Below are positions 42,665-56,028 of a stretch of DNA of 64,000 nucleotides, piece after piece. The stretch comes from the human T2T-CHM13v2.0 reference genome, Homo sapiens, in assembly GCF_009914755.1 (NCBI RefSeq), contig NC_060925.1, one strand, 5' to 3'. Made by a program: the position numbers and the translations under genes. Every line of letters begins with the position of its first letter. Positions within the stretch are counted from its first letter, which is position 1. A model generated the notes under the pieces. It made no database searches. It was not told the origin of the DNA and saw only the letters and a program-made list of their open reading frames with translations.

Positions 42665-43000
42665 CAGCAGTTGGCAAACTTTTTCTGCCAGGGACCAGAG
42701 AGTAAATATTTTAGACTTTGTAGGTCACACAGTCTGTGGCAACAACTCATCTCTGCTGTTGCCGCAGGAAAGCAACCACAGACAATATGTACGTGAAGGA
42801 GTGTGGTTGTGTTCCAATAGAACTTTATTTATGGGCACTAGAATTGGAATTTCAGATAATTTTCATGTATCATGAAATAGAATTCTTTTGATTTTTTCAA
42901 AAAAAAATTTAAAATGTAGAAATCATTATTAGCTTGCGAGCTGTACGAACACTGGCAATGTGATGGTTTTGGCCATTGGGCTGTAGTTTGTCAACCTCTG
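42665..43000. mobile_element. MER58B-like hAT-Charlie DNA transposon
   Basis: TIRs CAGCAGTTGGCAAACT...AGTTTGTCAACCTCTG; 8-bp TSD CTCAAGAA/CTCTAGAA. Confidence 0.85.
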
Positions 43001-43276
43001 CTCTAGAACAATGCCTCGTCCTCCCTGAAATCTATCCTGAACATCTCTAGTTGGCAGTAACTTTTCCTGTTTTGTAGCTTTTAAATGACTTACCTCAAAT
43101 CCATCTATGGCATTTATCGCATTTTACTTTCTATTGTAATTTTTTTCCTGTGCATTTTTCATCGTTTCAAGTAGACCTTCAGCTCTTGAGGTGGGGTACA
43201 GACCGTGTTTCTCAGTGTGCTACCTCCCTTCCCACAGTGCTTTGCACAGAGCAGGCATTCACACATACACAGAATG

Positions 43277-43802
<526 letters not shown>

Positions 43803-46005
43803 TTACCACTGTTGCGGAGACAGGGCATGAGTACTCAGTGGGGTCCCATATGGTACTTCTATTAGCAAATTGGTAAAAGGCAAATAAAACATGCTATATA
43901 ATTTACAGGTGGCAAAGTTAAGCAGAGGTGTTAGTATAATGAATAGCAGAATTCAGATAGAAAAGATTCCTGCCCCACCACTTGTTTTTTTCTATGCCTC
44001 AGTGGTCTTACCTTTAAAATGAGGATGATAAAAGTTGCTACCTCAGAGGGTTATTGTCAGGATTAAATGAGGAAATATGTGTAGTCTAGCAGAGAGGGCT
44101 CAGTAAATATTAACTATTAATCATTACTGTTTTCTTGCTAGGCTGGAACTATGGGCTGAATTTACAAGGTAACACTTAACAGATGTAAGCAATTATATTT
44201 TGGTTCAAACTATAAATTATACAAGTTTGAGACTAGGGAGAGCTGGCATGACAGCAGTTCCAGGTAAGACGAAACCTCAGAAACAAAAATGAAACCCAGC
44301 TCTCTGGAATTCAGGTGACAGTGCTCTGTGAACAACAGTGTCATTCCTATAGGGTGGGAGAGTTCACGGGGGCCATTCGTGCACCATCCTGATGAAGGAA
44401 GGTGAGCGAGTGACTACCGTAGGAGTCAGAGTCATGGCGCTGCCCTTTCAGAGCCGCGGGACCTGGAGCCCCTCAGCCTTTGTTTCTGCCTCTGAATAAT
44501 GGGGCGATTCTACTTATGTCCTAGGGCTGTCGTGAGTGAGTAAAGGACTTGGAACAGTACTCAGCATATACTAAGTGTTCAACAAATTTTGGTTCCTCCC
44601 TACCGTAAAACATGGATCTAGGGAACAGCCCTGCCCCTGAAACAGGCCTCTAAAGACTAGTAGCTGTTTATATTTGGAATTAATGTGCTCAATTTTGGGG
44701 ACCAAACGTTAGGAAAATTAATGAAAAGGTAGAATGTAGATAGACAAGCCTGACCAGAATGGTGAGAATGGAGGTCTTGATCTGTCATAGGTAAAAAATG
44801 AAAAAAAGTCTCAGATGTTTAGCCTGGAGATTTTCTCTTTTTTAATGGGGGGAGAGGCAAGAGACAGTCCGACAACTGTCTACAAACACTGTATAAGATG
44901 GACTCTTATAATTCACAAGACAGAATCATGACCAATGCTGGCAAATTCCAAGAGAGCAGGTTTTGACTTCATTTGAAAAGCAACTTTCTGATAATTAGAG
45001 CAAATCTACAGTGGAATGGACTGCTGTTCAAAACCCCTTCTCATCTGCAAGTGTGCAAAGAGAGAAGAGATGACCTCCTTCCCATCCTTTAATTTTCCTG
45101 CTGTCCTTTCTCCATATTCTCTTCCTTGATCCTGCTTCTGTTCCCTATAGAACCTTCGTACTCTTTTTGCCCTGCCTTGTGCTAAGGTATTTTTTTCTTA
45201 TTTCTCCATCAATTTCTAAACTCTTTTTCTCTTTCCTGTTCCCCGCCCCTACCCCCTCAGCAAACACAGCACAATGACTGGAACTGCCTCCCTGAGTTGC
45301 AGGTGGTCCATGGCTCAGAATGTCACTGAGATCTGGGCCAACAGTGCTGTGCAAACTGGCAGAGAGGGGAAGGGAAGCAAATAGATCTTTGCAGAAGGCG
45401 GAGGTACTGCTGTGCCTCTCCCATCCGGGTGAAGGGACCCAGCAGAGTCTCCTGAACCCCAGGCAGGGAGAAGTCCACTTGTAACTGAGCCCGCACAGAT
45501 GGACAGATGGGGATCCCAGAGCTGAGCAGTTTTCCTCAGAGATGCTTCCTGTGAGCTGAACTCATCTGAGTCCCCTTCTGCCTCCCCCTGGCATTTCCCT
45601 TATTTTTGAGATGTGGTAGCCGTTTTGCCATATTTCCAATATCAAGAACCCCCTTTCATACCAAAGGAAGCAGAGAACTGTGACAACTGGCCACCTGCCT
45701 CCACTCTCCACTTGGCATATGTCTATGTGGATGCATCTGACACCAGTGACATGCAGGTAGGCCCCAGTGTCTGGCTCTAGAACTTTCACCTCTTCTGTCT
45801 CCACCCTCTTGCTCTAATATCTTCCGTGTCTCAATTACTTTATCCCTGGTTCATCTTCTCACATCCCTCCTCTGTTTCCAACCCCCCAGCTTCCTTGCTT
45901 GTAATAGTTTACCCTCCCATTCCAGATGCCCAAGTGAAATGTGCCAGGGCATGGCAAGAAAGGCCAACTTCCTCCCCTCCCCCAGGGCCCCACTGTGCTT
46001 CATAC

Positions 46006-46171
46006 CGTGAGCTGGGGACGGCTGGATGTTAGGGCTCGTGGGTACAGGCAGGCCACCAGGCATGGCAGTGACAATAGCCTGCTGATGTGGTGATGGGCCA
46101 GACCGCGTCTCAGGCACACTTTTCTCCCCTGGTGCCACTTCTTTCCAGTCATCAGGGACACACTGCTGGGG
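46006..46171 (-). CDS. PHC2: PHC2 exon (166 nt; PQQCVPDDWKEVAPGEKSVPETRSG...QPSPAH)
   Basis: gacAG/GTATG boundaries; phase 0-1. Confidence 0.93.
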
Positions 46172-46442
46172 CTGTCAAAGGACAGGACAGAGAGGGGGGC
46201 CTCTCAGAAATAGCCTTTGCATTCTTGGATACTTCCCTGGTTTCCATGGAGCTTGGGAAGCAGGTAAGGACCTTAAGATTCAGTCATCCTCAAATTGGGG
46301 AAGGCCCTCTCTTCCTTCTTGGAATCCCCAAAGATGACTTCACCCGTCAGCCTACCCAGAAGCACCTCTTGACGGGGCTGTGGGGTCGTCCGAGCTGTGG
46401 CCACCCCGTGTGCTCCCTGGACCTTGGGGCTGGCTTACTCAC

Positions 46443-46858
46443 CACTGGTGAAGCAGGCTGCAGTTGTAAGATGACAGCTGAAGTGTGCTGGAACCTGCGT
46501 TGAGGGGTGTGGGGCACGCCCTCGGGATGTCCATTCTGAGGCCCAGTATCAGGTGTGGGAGGGTGACACTGCTGACTGCCGCCAGGCTTGTGCAGGTTGG
46601 CAGTGGGACACTGGAGTGGCAGGGCGGGTGTAACCGGGCCTAGTGGCATGGCATGGGCCTCTGAGCTGGGCTGGAGGGCCACGCTTGGAGAGACTGAGGC
46701 GAGCTGGGGGTGGGGCTCAGCTTGGAGCACAGGCCGTGACTGCTGGGGCGGCGGCTGCTGCTGTTGTGGCTGTGGCTGCTGCTGGATCACAAATTGGGGC
46801 TGCAGGTGCTTTGAGGATGGCTGTGGGAGGAGCTGGTGTGGCTGCAGCTGAGCATAGG
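46443..46858 (-). CDS. PHC2: PHC2 exon (416 nt, or 413 nt with the alternative donor at 46446; Q/P-rich YAQLQPHQLL...QLQPASP[V])
   Basis: ttcAG acceptor; CCA GTG|GTGAGT tandem donor; contained in ORF 46347..46991; phase 1-0. Confidence 0.94.
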
Positions 46859-47854
46859 CTGAAAGGGGAAAGGCCAGGTTAGAGAGCATGGCTTGACCTT
46901 CTCTTCTGCTGTGTCTTCCAACTCTGCCCCTCCCGCATCCAAATAAAAATGGCTTCCCAAATTCAATGTCTCTTGTTTTCATCTCTTTCATTTTTCACCC
47001 TGAGCCTGGCCTGCTCATTGCCATGGCCTAACACATTCACTCTATTCCTGCTTTCCTCCTTTGCTGGAGGAACACTGGGCTCTTTGAGCTGTCCCCCATC
47101 CCCAAAGCTCAACTCCTCAAAACTAAAAACTCACCTCCTCTGTGATGCCCTTTGGCCATTCTGGCAGTTCAGAGAAATACTGGATTCTAAGTGTGACATG
47201 CTCTCGCTCTCCTCCATGCCCTTCACCTGCTGTTCTCTGTGCCTGCAACAGCTACAACCTTTCCACCACCCAACCCAGCTCTGTGTGGCTAGTCCTCATC
47301 CAGCCTCTGGCTCTGCTCAGGCGAGGCCTTCTCCAGGAAGAGCCAGTAGACAACGGTGGTTCTTGGATCCTGGCATCAGACAGACCAGGGCTGGATTACT
47401 GGTTCCCTCTGTTATATACCAAGGGACCTGGAAATAACTACTCTCTGGGCCTCAGCTTCCCAATCTAAAAATTGAAAATATAGTTTCTGTACAGAAGTTG
47501 CTAAAAGGATGAAATGAGAAGAAAATGACAGAAAAATGACTTAATGTGCACAGCACAGTGCCTGGCACATGGTCATATTCAGTCATTTCTAGTTATAACT
47601 ACTATATCAGTCTGGTTTAGGTTCTTAAAGTATCCAGGGTCTACCTCTATCATAATAATGCTTATTAAGGTGAGTTGTAATTGTTTCTTATCTGTCTTCC
47701 AGATCATGAACTCCTTGCGGTCAGAAACTTTGTGTATCTCTTTTTCCAGAACCTACCACAGTGCCTGACAGGAATTTGTTTTTTGGCATGTGTTGCTATG
47801 CTAGCTTTTCTCTCTTCTATTTTAAGCAGGCTGACTCTTTGAGGTGAAAATTCT

Positions 47855-47855
<1 letters not shown>

Positions 47856-47898
<43 letters not shown>

Positions 47899-47907
47899 TA
47901 TTTATTT
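47856..47907. repeat. (TA)n microsatellite at the SVA tail
   Basis: ~20 TA units with one G interruption, then (TTTA)n, between the TSD and the SINE-R end. Confidence 0.9.
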
Positions 47908-48550
47908 AGTATTTATTGATCATTCTTGGGTGTTTCTCGGAGAGGGGGATTTGGCAGGGTCATAGGACAATAGTGGAGGGAAGGTCAGCAGATAAACATG
48001 TGAACAAGGGTCTCTGGTTTTCCTAGGCAGAGGACCCTGCGGCCTTCCGCAGTGTTTGTGTCCCTGGGTACTTGAGATTAGGGAGCGGTGATGACTCTTA
48101 ACGAGCATGCTGCCTTCAAGCATCTGTTTAACAAAGCACATCTTGCACCGCCCTTAATCCATTTAACCCTGAGTGGACACAGCACATGTTTCAGAGAGCA
48201 CGGGGTTGGGGGTAAGGTTATAGCTTAACAGCATCCCAAGGCAGAAGAACCTTTCTTAGTACAGAACAAAATGGAGTCTCCCATGTCTACTTCTTTCTAC
48301 ACAGACACAGTAACAATCTGATTTCTCTTTCTTTTCCCCACATTTCCCCCTTTCCTATTCGACAAAATCGCCATCGTCATCATGGCCCGTTCTCAATGAG
48401 CTGTTGGGTACACCTCCCAGACGGGGTGGCGGCCGGGCAGAGAGGCTCCTCACTTCCCAGACAGGGCGGCCAGGCAGAGGCGCCCCCCCACCTCCCAGAC
48501 GGGGCGGCGGCCGGGCGGGGGCTGCCCCCCACCTCCCTCCCGGACGGGGC
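47908..48550 (-). mobile_element. 5'-truncated SVA (SINE-R plus a few VNTR units) in a PHC2 intron, same orientation as PHC2
   Basis: SINE-R nearly identical to the SVA at 386-890; perfect 14-bp TSD GAAAATTCTTATAT at 47846-47859 and 48551-48564. Confidence 0.96.
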
Positions 48551-51500
48551 GAAAATTCTTATATTTTTTAGTATCCCTTCAGTGTCTAGCTCATGCCTTG
48601 TTTGGAGTAGGGATTCAGGAAATTCAGCTCAGAGATTGTCTTTGCACAGATCACTCTCTGGCTAGTGCCAGGCCAGCCTAGGATGAAGCAGCTCAGCTGA
48701 ATCTGTCCTGTTTAAAAACTGCCCTCCACAGAGACTTCCACGGCTGGAGAGCTAGCCAAGTGCATGGCAGGCCACAGCTGGAGGCCCGCAAATGGATTTT
48801 TACAACTAAAGCCTCATGCCAGTAAGGATAAAGGTGAATTCTGGGTCCTGAGCTCACGTTTTAAATGGATCCTGTGATGCAACAGGTGCAAAGTAAGCAG
48901 GTTTCAAACTGAGTTAGGGGAGGTGCCTTCCTTCTTGAATTTTGTCTGTTCACATGCAAGTTTTGAATGGTCTCATCCCAGCCCAACGTGAAATTCCAAG
49001 CAGAATTCCAATAGGAATGGAAAGGACAGAAATAAGATGTGTTACAAAGGAAAAGCAAAATGGTCCTTGGTGACTGACTGTCGTAGTCAGAGAGAGAGGG
49101 ACTATGGATGGCCCAGAGGGGTTTAGTATGGATGATACTGAATGACAGGTTTGGGAAACTTGGACACCAGTGTGATGTTGAGGGAAGTGTGTTGGGTTTG
49201 GGTTGATGGCGGAACCTTTGTGGAAATGCCAGCAGACATTTGGTGATTATAAACTGACCCCAATCTAAGCTGTGTCTCCTTATCTCACATTGAATAGGTC
49301 GGAATTTAACAATCAGGCACTTTTGAGAAGACTGTTGATAAGGCACCTGGGAGACACTGAAGAGGCCACACAGGACTTTGTTAGGCCCCCACAGCCAAAA
49401 TGATCTGCAAATGTTGGGCATGTCACTGCAAATGCAACCAAAACTTTTTCTCCTGTAATGCAAAATCATGGATTCCTGCTCCTGGGATGTGGAATCATTC
49501 TTAGGGGCTGCCTATGTGAGGTGGGAGCTGGAGATGGTTCCAGGTCAGGGAGGCTAAGAGGATCAATGGCATGCCCCACTACTTGCTGGCTGTGCGGCCT
49601 GAGACAAGGTACTCTTCTTTCTCAGGGCTTCAGAGTTTAATCTGTGAAAGAGGAGGTCTGGGCTAGGTGATCACATAAATCTCTTCCACATCTAGAATTT
49701 GATGGAGTGGCTATAGCAGAAAAGTAGTTTACAATTCAGGGTTAATAAGGAGGAAAAAGGATTACAGAGGGAAAAGGTTCTAAATCTCTACAGCATAAAG
49801 AGTATAGGTAGGGACAACACACATTTGTTTTCCCAAAAGACTGGGAAAGGGGACTGCTTGCCTGGCTTCTATTCCTGTGCTTCCTCTCCTATCCCATTCC
49901 CTCCCCACCCTGTGCTGCTCATGGAAAACTGAAAGCAATTGTTTTAGGACAAACGAGGCTACTATACACCAAGGCTGGAAATCAAGCTCATAAGGCTTGA
50001 ATCAATTTATAGATCAGAGACCCAAAGGTATTTGGGGTATATATTAATACATCCTTAACTTTTTGAGGTTAATAAAAACAAAGATCATGATTTAACTCCA
50101 GCATTATCCTGGATCAAAAAAAAATCCTTTTGTTTCGAGTACTGCAGTAGAGGAAGGGTCTTCCTGATTCCAGTTTCTTCTCTCTGTAATCCAGCTTAGA
50201 GAGAGCAAACTAATCTTCCTAGTGCACAGATCTGATCTCTCACTAAAAACCGCCAGGGACTCTCCTTTGTCTACGGTTGTCTAAAGCCCCTGGCAGACAT
50301 TCAGGATCTCTTTACAACATAAACCAACCTTTTAATTTTTATTATTTCTTTGACCCAAGCAATCTTTACTGTTCACTGTACCCTGTACAGAGTATATGCC
50401 TTTTCTCATACTGTCTAGAGTGCTACAAATCAAATTCTAGTCACCATTCTCTGGTCTTTACAGCTGACAGGACTTTCCCCTTTCTCTGAGATGACAATCA
50501 GGCCGCTTTGCTTTGCACTGCCCTCAGAGAAGCAGTGTGCCCAGAAGTCAAGTGTGAGCTCTTGAGTCAAAATGCTTGGATTTGAATTCCAACTCTGCTG
50601 CTTACCAGCTGTGTGACATGGGGTGAGTGAGTTACCTGACCTCTCTGTACCTCTATGTCATCATCTTTAAAATGGAGGTAAGGATGACACCTATCTCAGA
50701 GTTATTTCAGTAAGTGACTTATCTCTTTTAGTAGGCAGAATTTATGTGAGACATTTGTTTCCTCCAAAATATCTTGAATTTAGTAGATGCTCAATCAATA
50801 TTGCTGAATGAATGAATGAATGACAGACAACATGGTGGGACTTGTTTATCCTACAAGACTTGTTCTCAAGGCTTCAAATATGCAGGAAACGACTCACTGT
50901 CCCAGAAATGCTGGGACTCTTGCCGCAAAGTATATGGGAGCTGCAAGCATACCAGTTATAGTTACAGGACTACTTATGCACTCATTTTCCTAGAAGTCCA
51001 CTATAGTTGACTAGAGTTTGATGTTACCTGGCCTACCAGCAAGGAGAATGTGCCTGTGGGAGAGGAATGGCAGATCTTTTTACTAGCCACTACCCTTAAG
51101 GGAAGATACACTTTCAACCATTCACTCACTCAACAAACAATTTATTAAGCACCCACCACACACCAAGTACTATGGTTGGTACTGGCTAAGACATGGTCCC
51201 TAGAAGAGATTACAGTTTAGTAAAAGAGATGGAAGACAGATACTCTCACCATAATTTGGTAAATATTATGATAGGTGATAAGCACAGAATATTGAGAACA
51301 CGGAAAAGGGGATTCAGCTTTGGAAGGAGAGCAGAGAAGGTTTCCCAGAGCAAGTAAGTGTTTAACATGATTCAGAGTTAGGAAGATGACAAAAGGAACA
51401 GCATTCGGGAAGACTCAGAGGCATAAAATACTATGGTGAATTCAGGGATCTCCAGGGCATCATGTATAGTTGAAAGCCAAGGTGTCTAAGAGAGAGGAGT

Positions 51501-52053
51501 CAGAAAGGAGGCAGTTTTTGGCTGGGTCTAAGTTACGCTAGCACCTTCTAGGGGCTGCTTATCCCTAAAGATGTCTCATGTGATTAGGCTTCATGAGGTA
51601 ACTAAGGTTAGAGTTAGCTCTAGAGGTCAGTGCTCTGCATACACAAGAATAGACAAGGAAGCTCCTTTTAGAAAACCCTAAAGCAATAGCCACACAAATT
51701 TTCCATGATGCATTCCCTTGGCATGGGGTCAGGAGGAGTTTGAGAGGGGAAGTAGAGCTAAGGGAAGTTTACCTGTAAGAAACTTGCAAAACGGTGTTGG
51801 GTTGCCAGCTGCAGGGGCACTCTATGATAGTCTGATTATGCTTGAAGGTTCTTAGGCCTGTTCTGCAGCCCTCTGGAAAAACTACCAAATACTTGCTGTG
51901 TACAGGATACTTTGCTAAGCAGCTTGGAGCATTATAAAAGAAAATGTTATCTGCATCTCTGCCCCTACCCTGCCCTTGGCAGAGGATGGCAGGATAGCAT
52001 AAGTGGATAAACGCATGGGTTTTAGAGTCAGTCAGATCTGGGTTTAAATCTTG

Positions 52054-52273
52054 GCTCTGACACTGATAGGCTGTGCAATCTTAGATAAATTGCTCAACCT
52101 CTCTGTATCTTGACTTGCTGTTCTGTAAATGGTGACACATACCACATAGTTGTTAGTATCAAATGGACTATTTTGTTTAAACCACAAAGAGATTCACTGC
52201 CTTTGCTCAACACTTGGTACCTAGTAGATGCTCAGTAAATGGTAGCTATTCTTAAAATACTACCTGTTATCTG
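52054..52273 (+). repeat. ~215 bp MIR-derived segment duplicated at 53677-53889
   Basis: Shared private sequence including the non-MIR flank AAAATACTACCTGTTATCTG. Confidence 0.9.
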
Positions 52274-52941
52274 TGTGTTGCTTTGAACTTCTCAAAGAAT
52301 TTTTATCATTTAAATCTAATTTATTTCTAACAAGAAGCCCATGAGGCAATTGAGAAGTGTTTTTATTTTACAAGCAAGAGCTGAGAGTAGTTTCCAAGTG
52401 ACTTGTACAATGCAGTAAGTGAAGGGGAACTTGACTTCATTTGACAGGTGAGGCATGGTGCCTTGCATATTACAAGACGCTGATGGCCAAGTGAATAACA
52501 CAAGTCAGTAAGGACAAAAAAGGTCAAAAATGCTGATGGCCAAGTGAATAACAGAAGTCAGTAAGGACGAGCGAGTACCGCAAGCCTAGGAGTATTAGTT
52601 GCAGGCAGTTGAGAATACTGGAGGCAATCTTGGAGGTATGGACAACAAAAAGGGATTGTTAACGCCAGGAGGCAGGGAGGAAAAGGGCATATGACAGGCC
52701 AAGAAAGTCACAAAGGGGTAGGAGTGGGAGAGAAGAGACAACAGCATATTTGCTTGGCCATAACAGAGCGTCTGCATGAGGACACCACGAGCAGTCAGGT
52801 GCAGTGGGCAGTGGGGGGAGGGTCTTTAAGGTCCCCCATGAAGTCAGATAGTCAGAAGTCATTAACATGATATTGAGTGAGCCCTTACTATAGACTAGGC
52901 ATTCCAGCTGATCAAGGAGGACATAAAGACACAGTGAAGGT

Positions 52942-53245
52942 TTTTGTTTTTTGTTTTTTTGAGATGGAGTTTCGCTCTTGACGCCCAGGCTGTAGTGCAA
53001 TGGCATGATCTCTGCTCACTGCAACCTCCGCCTCCTCGGTTCAAGCAATTCTCCTGCCTCAGCCTCCCAAGTAGCTAGGATTACAGGCATGAGCCACCAC
53101 ACCTGGCTAATTTTTGTAGTTTTAGTAGAGATGGGGTTTCACCATGTTGGCCAGGCTGGTGTCAAACTCCTGACCTCAAGTGATCCGCCTGTCTCGGGGC
53201 CTCCCAAAGGGCTGAGATTACAGGCGTGAGCCATCGTGCCTGGCC
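52942..53245 (-). mobile_element. AluS element
   Basis: Reverse Alu dimer; TSD ACAGTGAAGGTTTTT. Confidence 0.9.
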
Positions 53246-55963
53246 ACAGTGAAGGTTTTTAAACAAGAAGGAAATAACAGTCTCTGAGGGAGATAATTCT
53301 AGCAGTTGTGAGTAGGATATCCTGGCGATCAGTTCAGCCTCATCCCGTCAGCAGGCCTTAAGCAAAGCAGGAAGCCAAAACAAGAGGAAGTCTCATCAGA
53401 ACCTGGTGACAAACTGGTGATAAGCTGGGTGGTGATGGAGCGTGGGAATGAGGGAGGGCTTTCTCTGTGCCGGTCACTTGCACAGGCCATCTCAGTCATT
53501 TACAGCCCATAGGAAATATAATCACCTCTGTTTTACGGATGAGGAAATGGAGGTTTACAGAGCTTAAGTAACTTGATCATAGTCATTAAACTAATAGGTG
53601 ATGAAACTGGGGTCTGAAACCAGGTTAACTCCGAAGCCCACTGCTTTTCCCACTGTAACGCTCTGCCTCCCTGGTAGCTCTGACACCAACAGGTGGTGCA
53701 ATCTTAGATAAATTGCTTAACCTCTCTGGATTTAGACTTGCTGTTCTGTAAATGGTGATACATAGCACATACTTGTTAGTATCAAATGGAGTATTTTGTT
53801 TAAACCACAAAGAGGTTCACTGCCTTTGCTCAATGCCTATTAGATGCTCAGTAAATGGTAACTATTTTAAAAATACTACCTGTTATCTGAATGTGAAGTC
53901 AAAATAACTCTGTGAGTCTGGGGTGCAGGAGGACCTCGCAATTGTGGACAGTGCTCAGGAAACTGGTAGAGGGGGCCTTTCCAGAGAGGAAGATGCATGG
54001 TTTTTGTTTTACAAATTCTCCAGATTAAAAAAAACTTGTATGCAGTGGGGTGATGTCTATTTATAGACAGCTGAAATGTATGGGGAGAAGAGAGGAGGAC
54101 AGGGATGGATGTGTATTAGGAAGTCACTGGCAGACAGGTGGTGGATGTCTGAAAGGTATGAACTGACAAACTCCTCTGTAAGTGAAACACAGGGGCACAG
54201 GACTGAGTTTTAGGAGACCCACAGCTAATGGCAGAGGCAAGGGAAAAGGAAGGAGGGTCCAGCTTACACACACAGATGGTCACACGCGCACACAGCCCCT
54301 CTGGGCTTAGGTGCTTCCCAGTGCCAGCTGAGATACTCCTCCTCCTGTTCCATTCTTGAAACTTAATCATGTTTCAAAGCACAACTCAAATGTCTGCAGC
54401 TCCCATTAGAATTTAAACTCTTGTTCATCTCTTTAACACCCATAGTGTTCAGCATAATGTTTGGCACATAAGAGGTGCTAAATGAGTATCTGTTGAGCTA
54501 CATAATTAAAGGGACAAATGGTTTGGGGATGACAGTGACTCTGAGCCATACCTCTTTCATTTGTGAAGTGGAATAATCACTGTTAAGATTAAGTGAGATA
54601 TGTAGGTAAAGCATTTAGTGCAGTATGTGGAACATGGCTGTTCATTAACTGGTAATTATTACTATTAGCCCACAGCAACCAGGGAAATAGTCTAACAGAA
54701 GCCTAGGATGAAGAATTTCGGGAAAGAAGAAACGTCCAGCAAGGCCAAGTCCCTTTGTGTGTCAGTCTGCTTTCTCTCTCACACATACGTGCACACAGGC
54801 TCGTACACACAAAGATGTTAAGCAAAATATAAAGCCCCTCCACTGATAGCTGATGATTGTGGATTTTTCTCCTAACATAAAAAGAGATTCTTAGTCATCT
54901 AGATTTGGTGCTACAGTGGATAGCTGAAATGACCTTCATCAAAATCGTTGGGGATTTTAGCAGATGACAGTCCCACCTGTATGCTTTGGTTTTTATTGGA
55001 TTCCCTAAGTAAAAGTGTGCTTGCAGTTTGGAGGCTGCTTTGGGAGGGAAATAGGGTACCCAAGAATCCTGGAATCAGCAACATTGCATTGTCCAGCCTA
55101 TCACAGACAGAAATCACTGCCCCCTGCACAAAACGCTCTCTGTGTTCAAACAAAGCAGCTGTGTGGCCTTCCAGCAGAGTTCTCGCTCCTCAGCTGAGAC
55201 CTGAGGCGGGCTGAGGATGCAGAACAAAGACCTGGCATCTGGAGGCCCAACTGGGTGAAAGGGCCCTGGCTTTTCAACAACCCGACAGTTCCCTTTTATC
55301 ACAGCATATCCCTCCCAGTCAGCAACTTTCTCCTCACCTTTGGGCCTGAGTGTGCACCCAAAGCCTGGAGTTTATCCACTAGAATGAGGACTCCAAGAAC
55401 CAAGTCTCCTATCTGGGGCTGTGGCCCACTCCCTTAGGACTCGGCTTCCCTGAAGGCCAGGCCCAAGGGACCCCTGCTGCCTGCCTCTCTTCTGCCCTCC
55501 ATTGCTCAGTCCTCATGTCAGTGAGAAGGGCAAGCCAGGCCCTTCTCCTTCCCCTCCAAAGCCCAACCTCTTAGGCTCTGTTCTCCGCCCCTTACTCCCC
55601 TCCCCCACCTGCTCCCCCACCCCTATTCTCGGCATAAGGGACCTTTTCTATTTGCAGAGCCTGAAGAAGCCGGTTGCCAAGGTGACAGGAGCAGGAACAG
55701 CAGGGAGCTTGCCATGGGGGAGGGGCTTTGCCCCCAAACAGCTGTCAGTGGGAGCAGTCCCAGCTGGGACTGGAGGGTCTGCCTGCTCTGGGAGGAAACA
55801 GCCCCCAGGAGAACACATTCCTCACTGCCATACCCCCTCCTACTGGCCCACTGCAAGTCTCCACTGGTTACTTTCCCTGGGGGCAGCCAGCCAGCCAGCT
55901 CAAAAAATGCTCCAATAACAAACAAAAAATGTGTGCGCGCTCGCTTGCTTTCTCTCTCCCAGA

Positions 55964-55989
55964 CACACACACACACACACACACACTTG

Positions 55990-56024
<35 letters not shown>
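55964..56024. repeat. Compound (CA)n microsatellite (two runs separated by TTGCTTT)
   Basis: Directly visible. Confidence 0.95.

Positions 56025-56028
<4 letters not shown>

Noticed and set aside
48861-49469. 202-aa minus-strand intronic ORF
   Set aside because: No recognisable protein motif and no convincing exon boundaries; probably chance or an old repeat relic, though a homology search was not possible
52479-52568. Repeat-spacer-repeat resembling a CRISPR unit
   Set aside because: Only two copies with a 16-nt low-complexity spacer, in a mammalian intron with no cas genes
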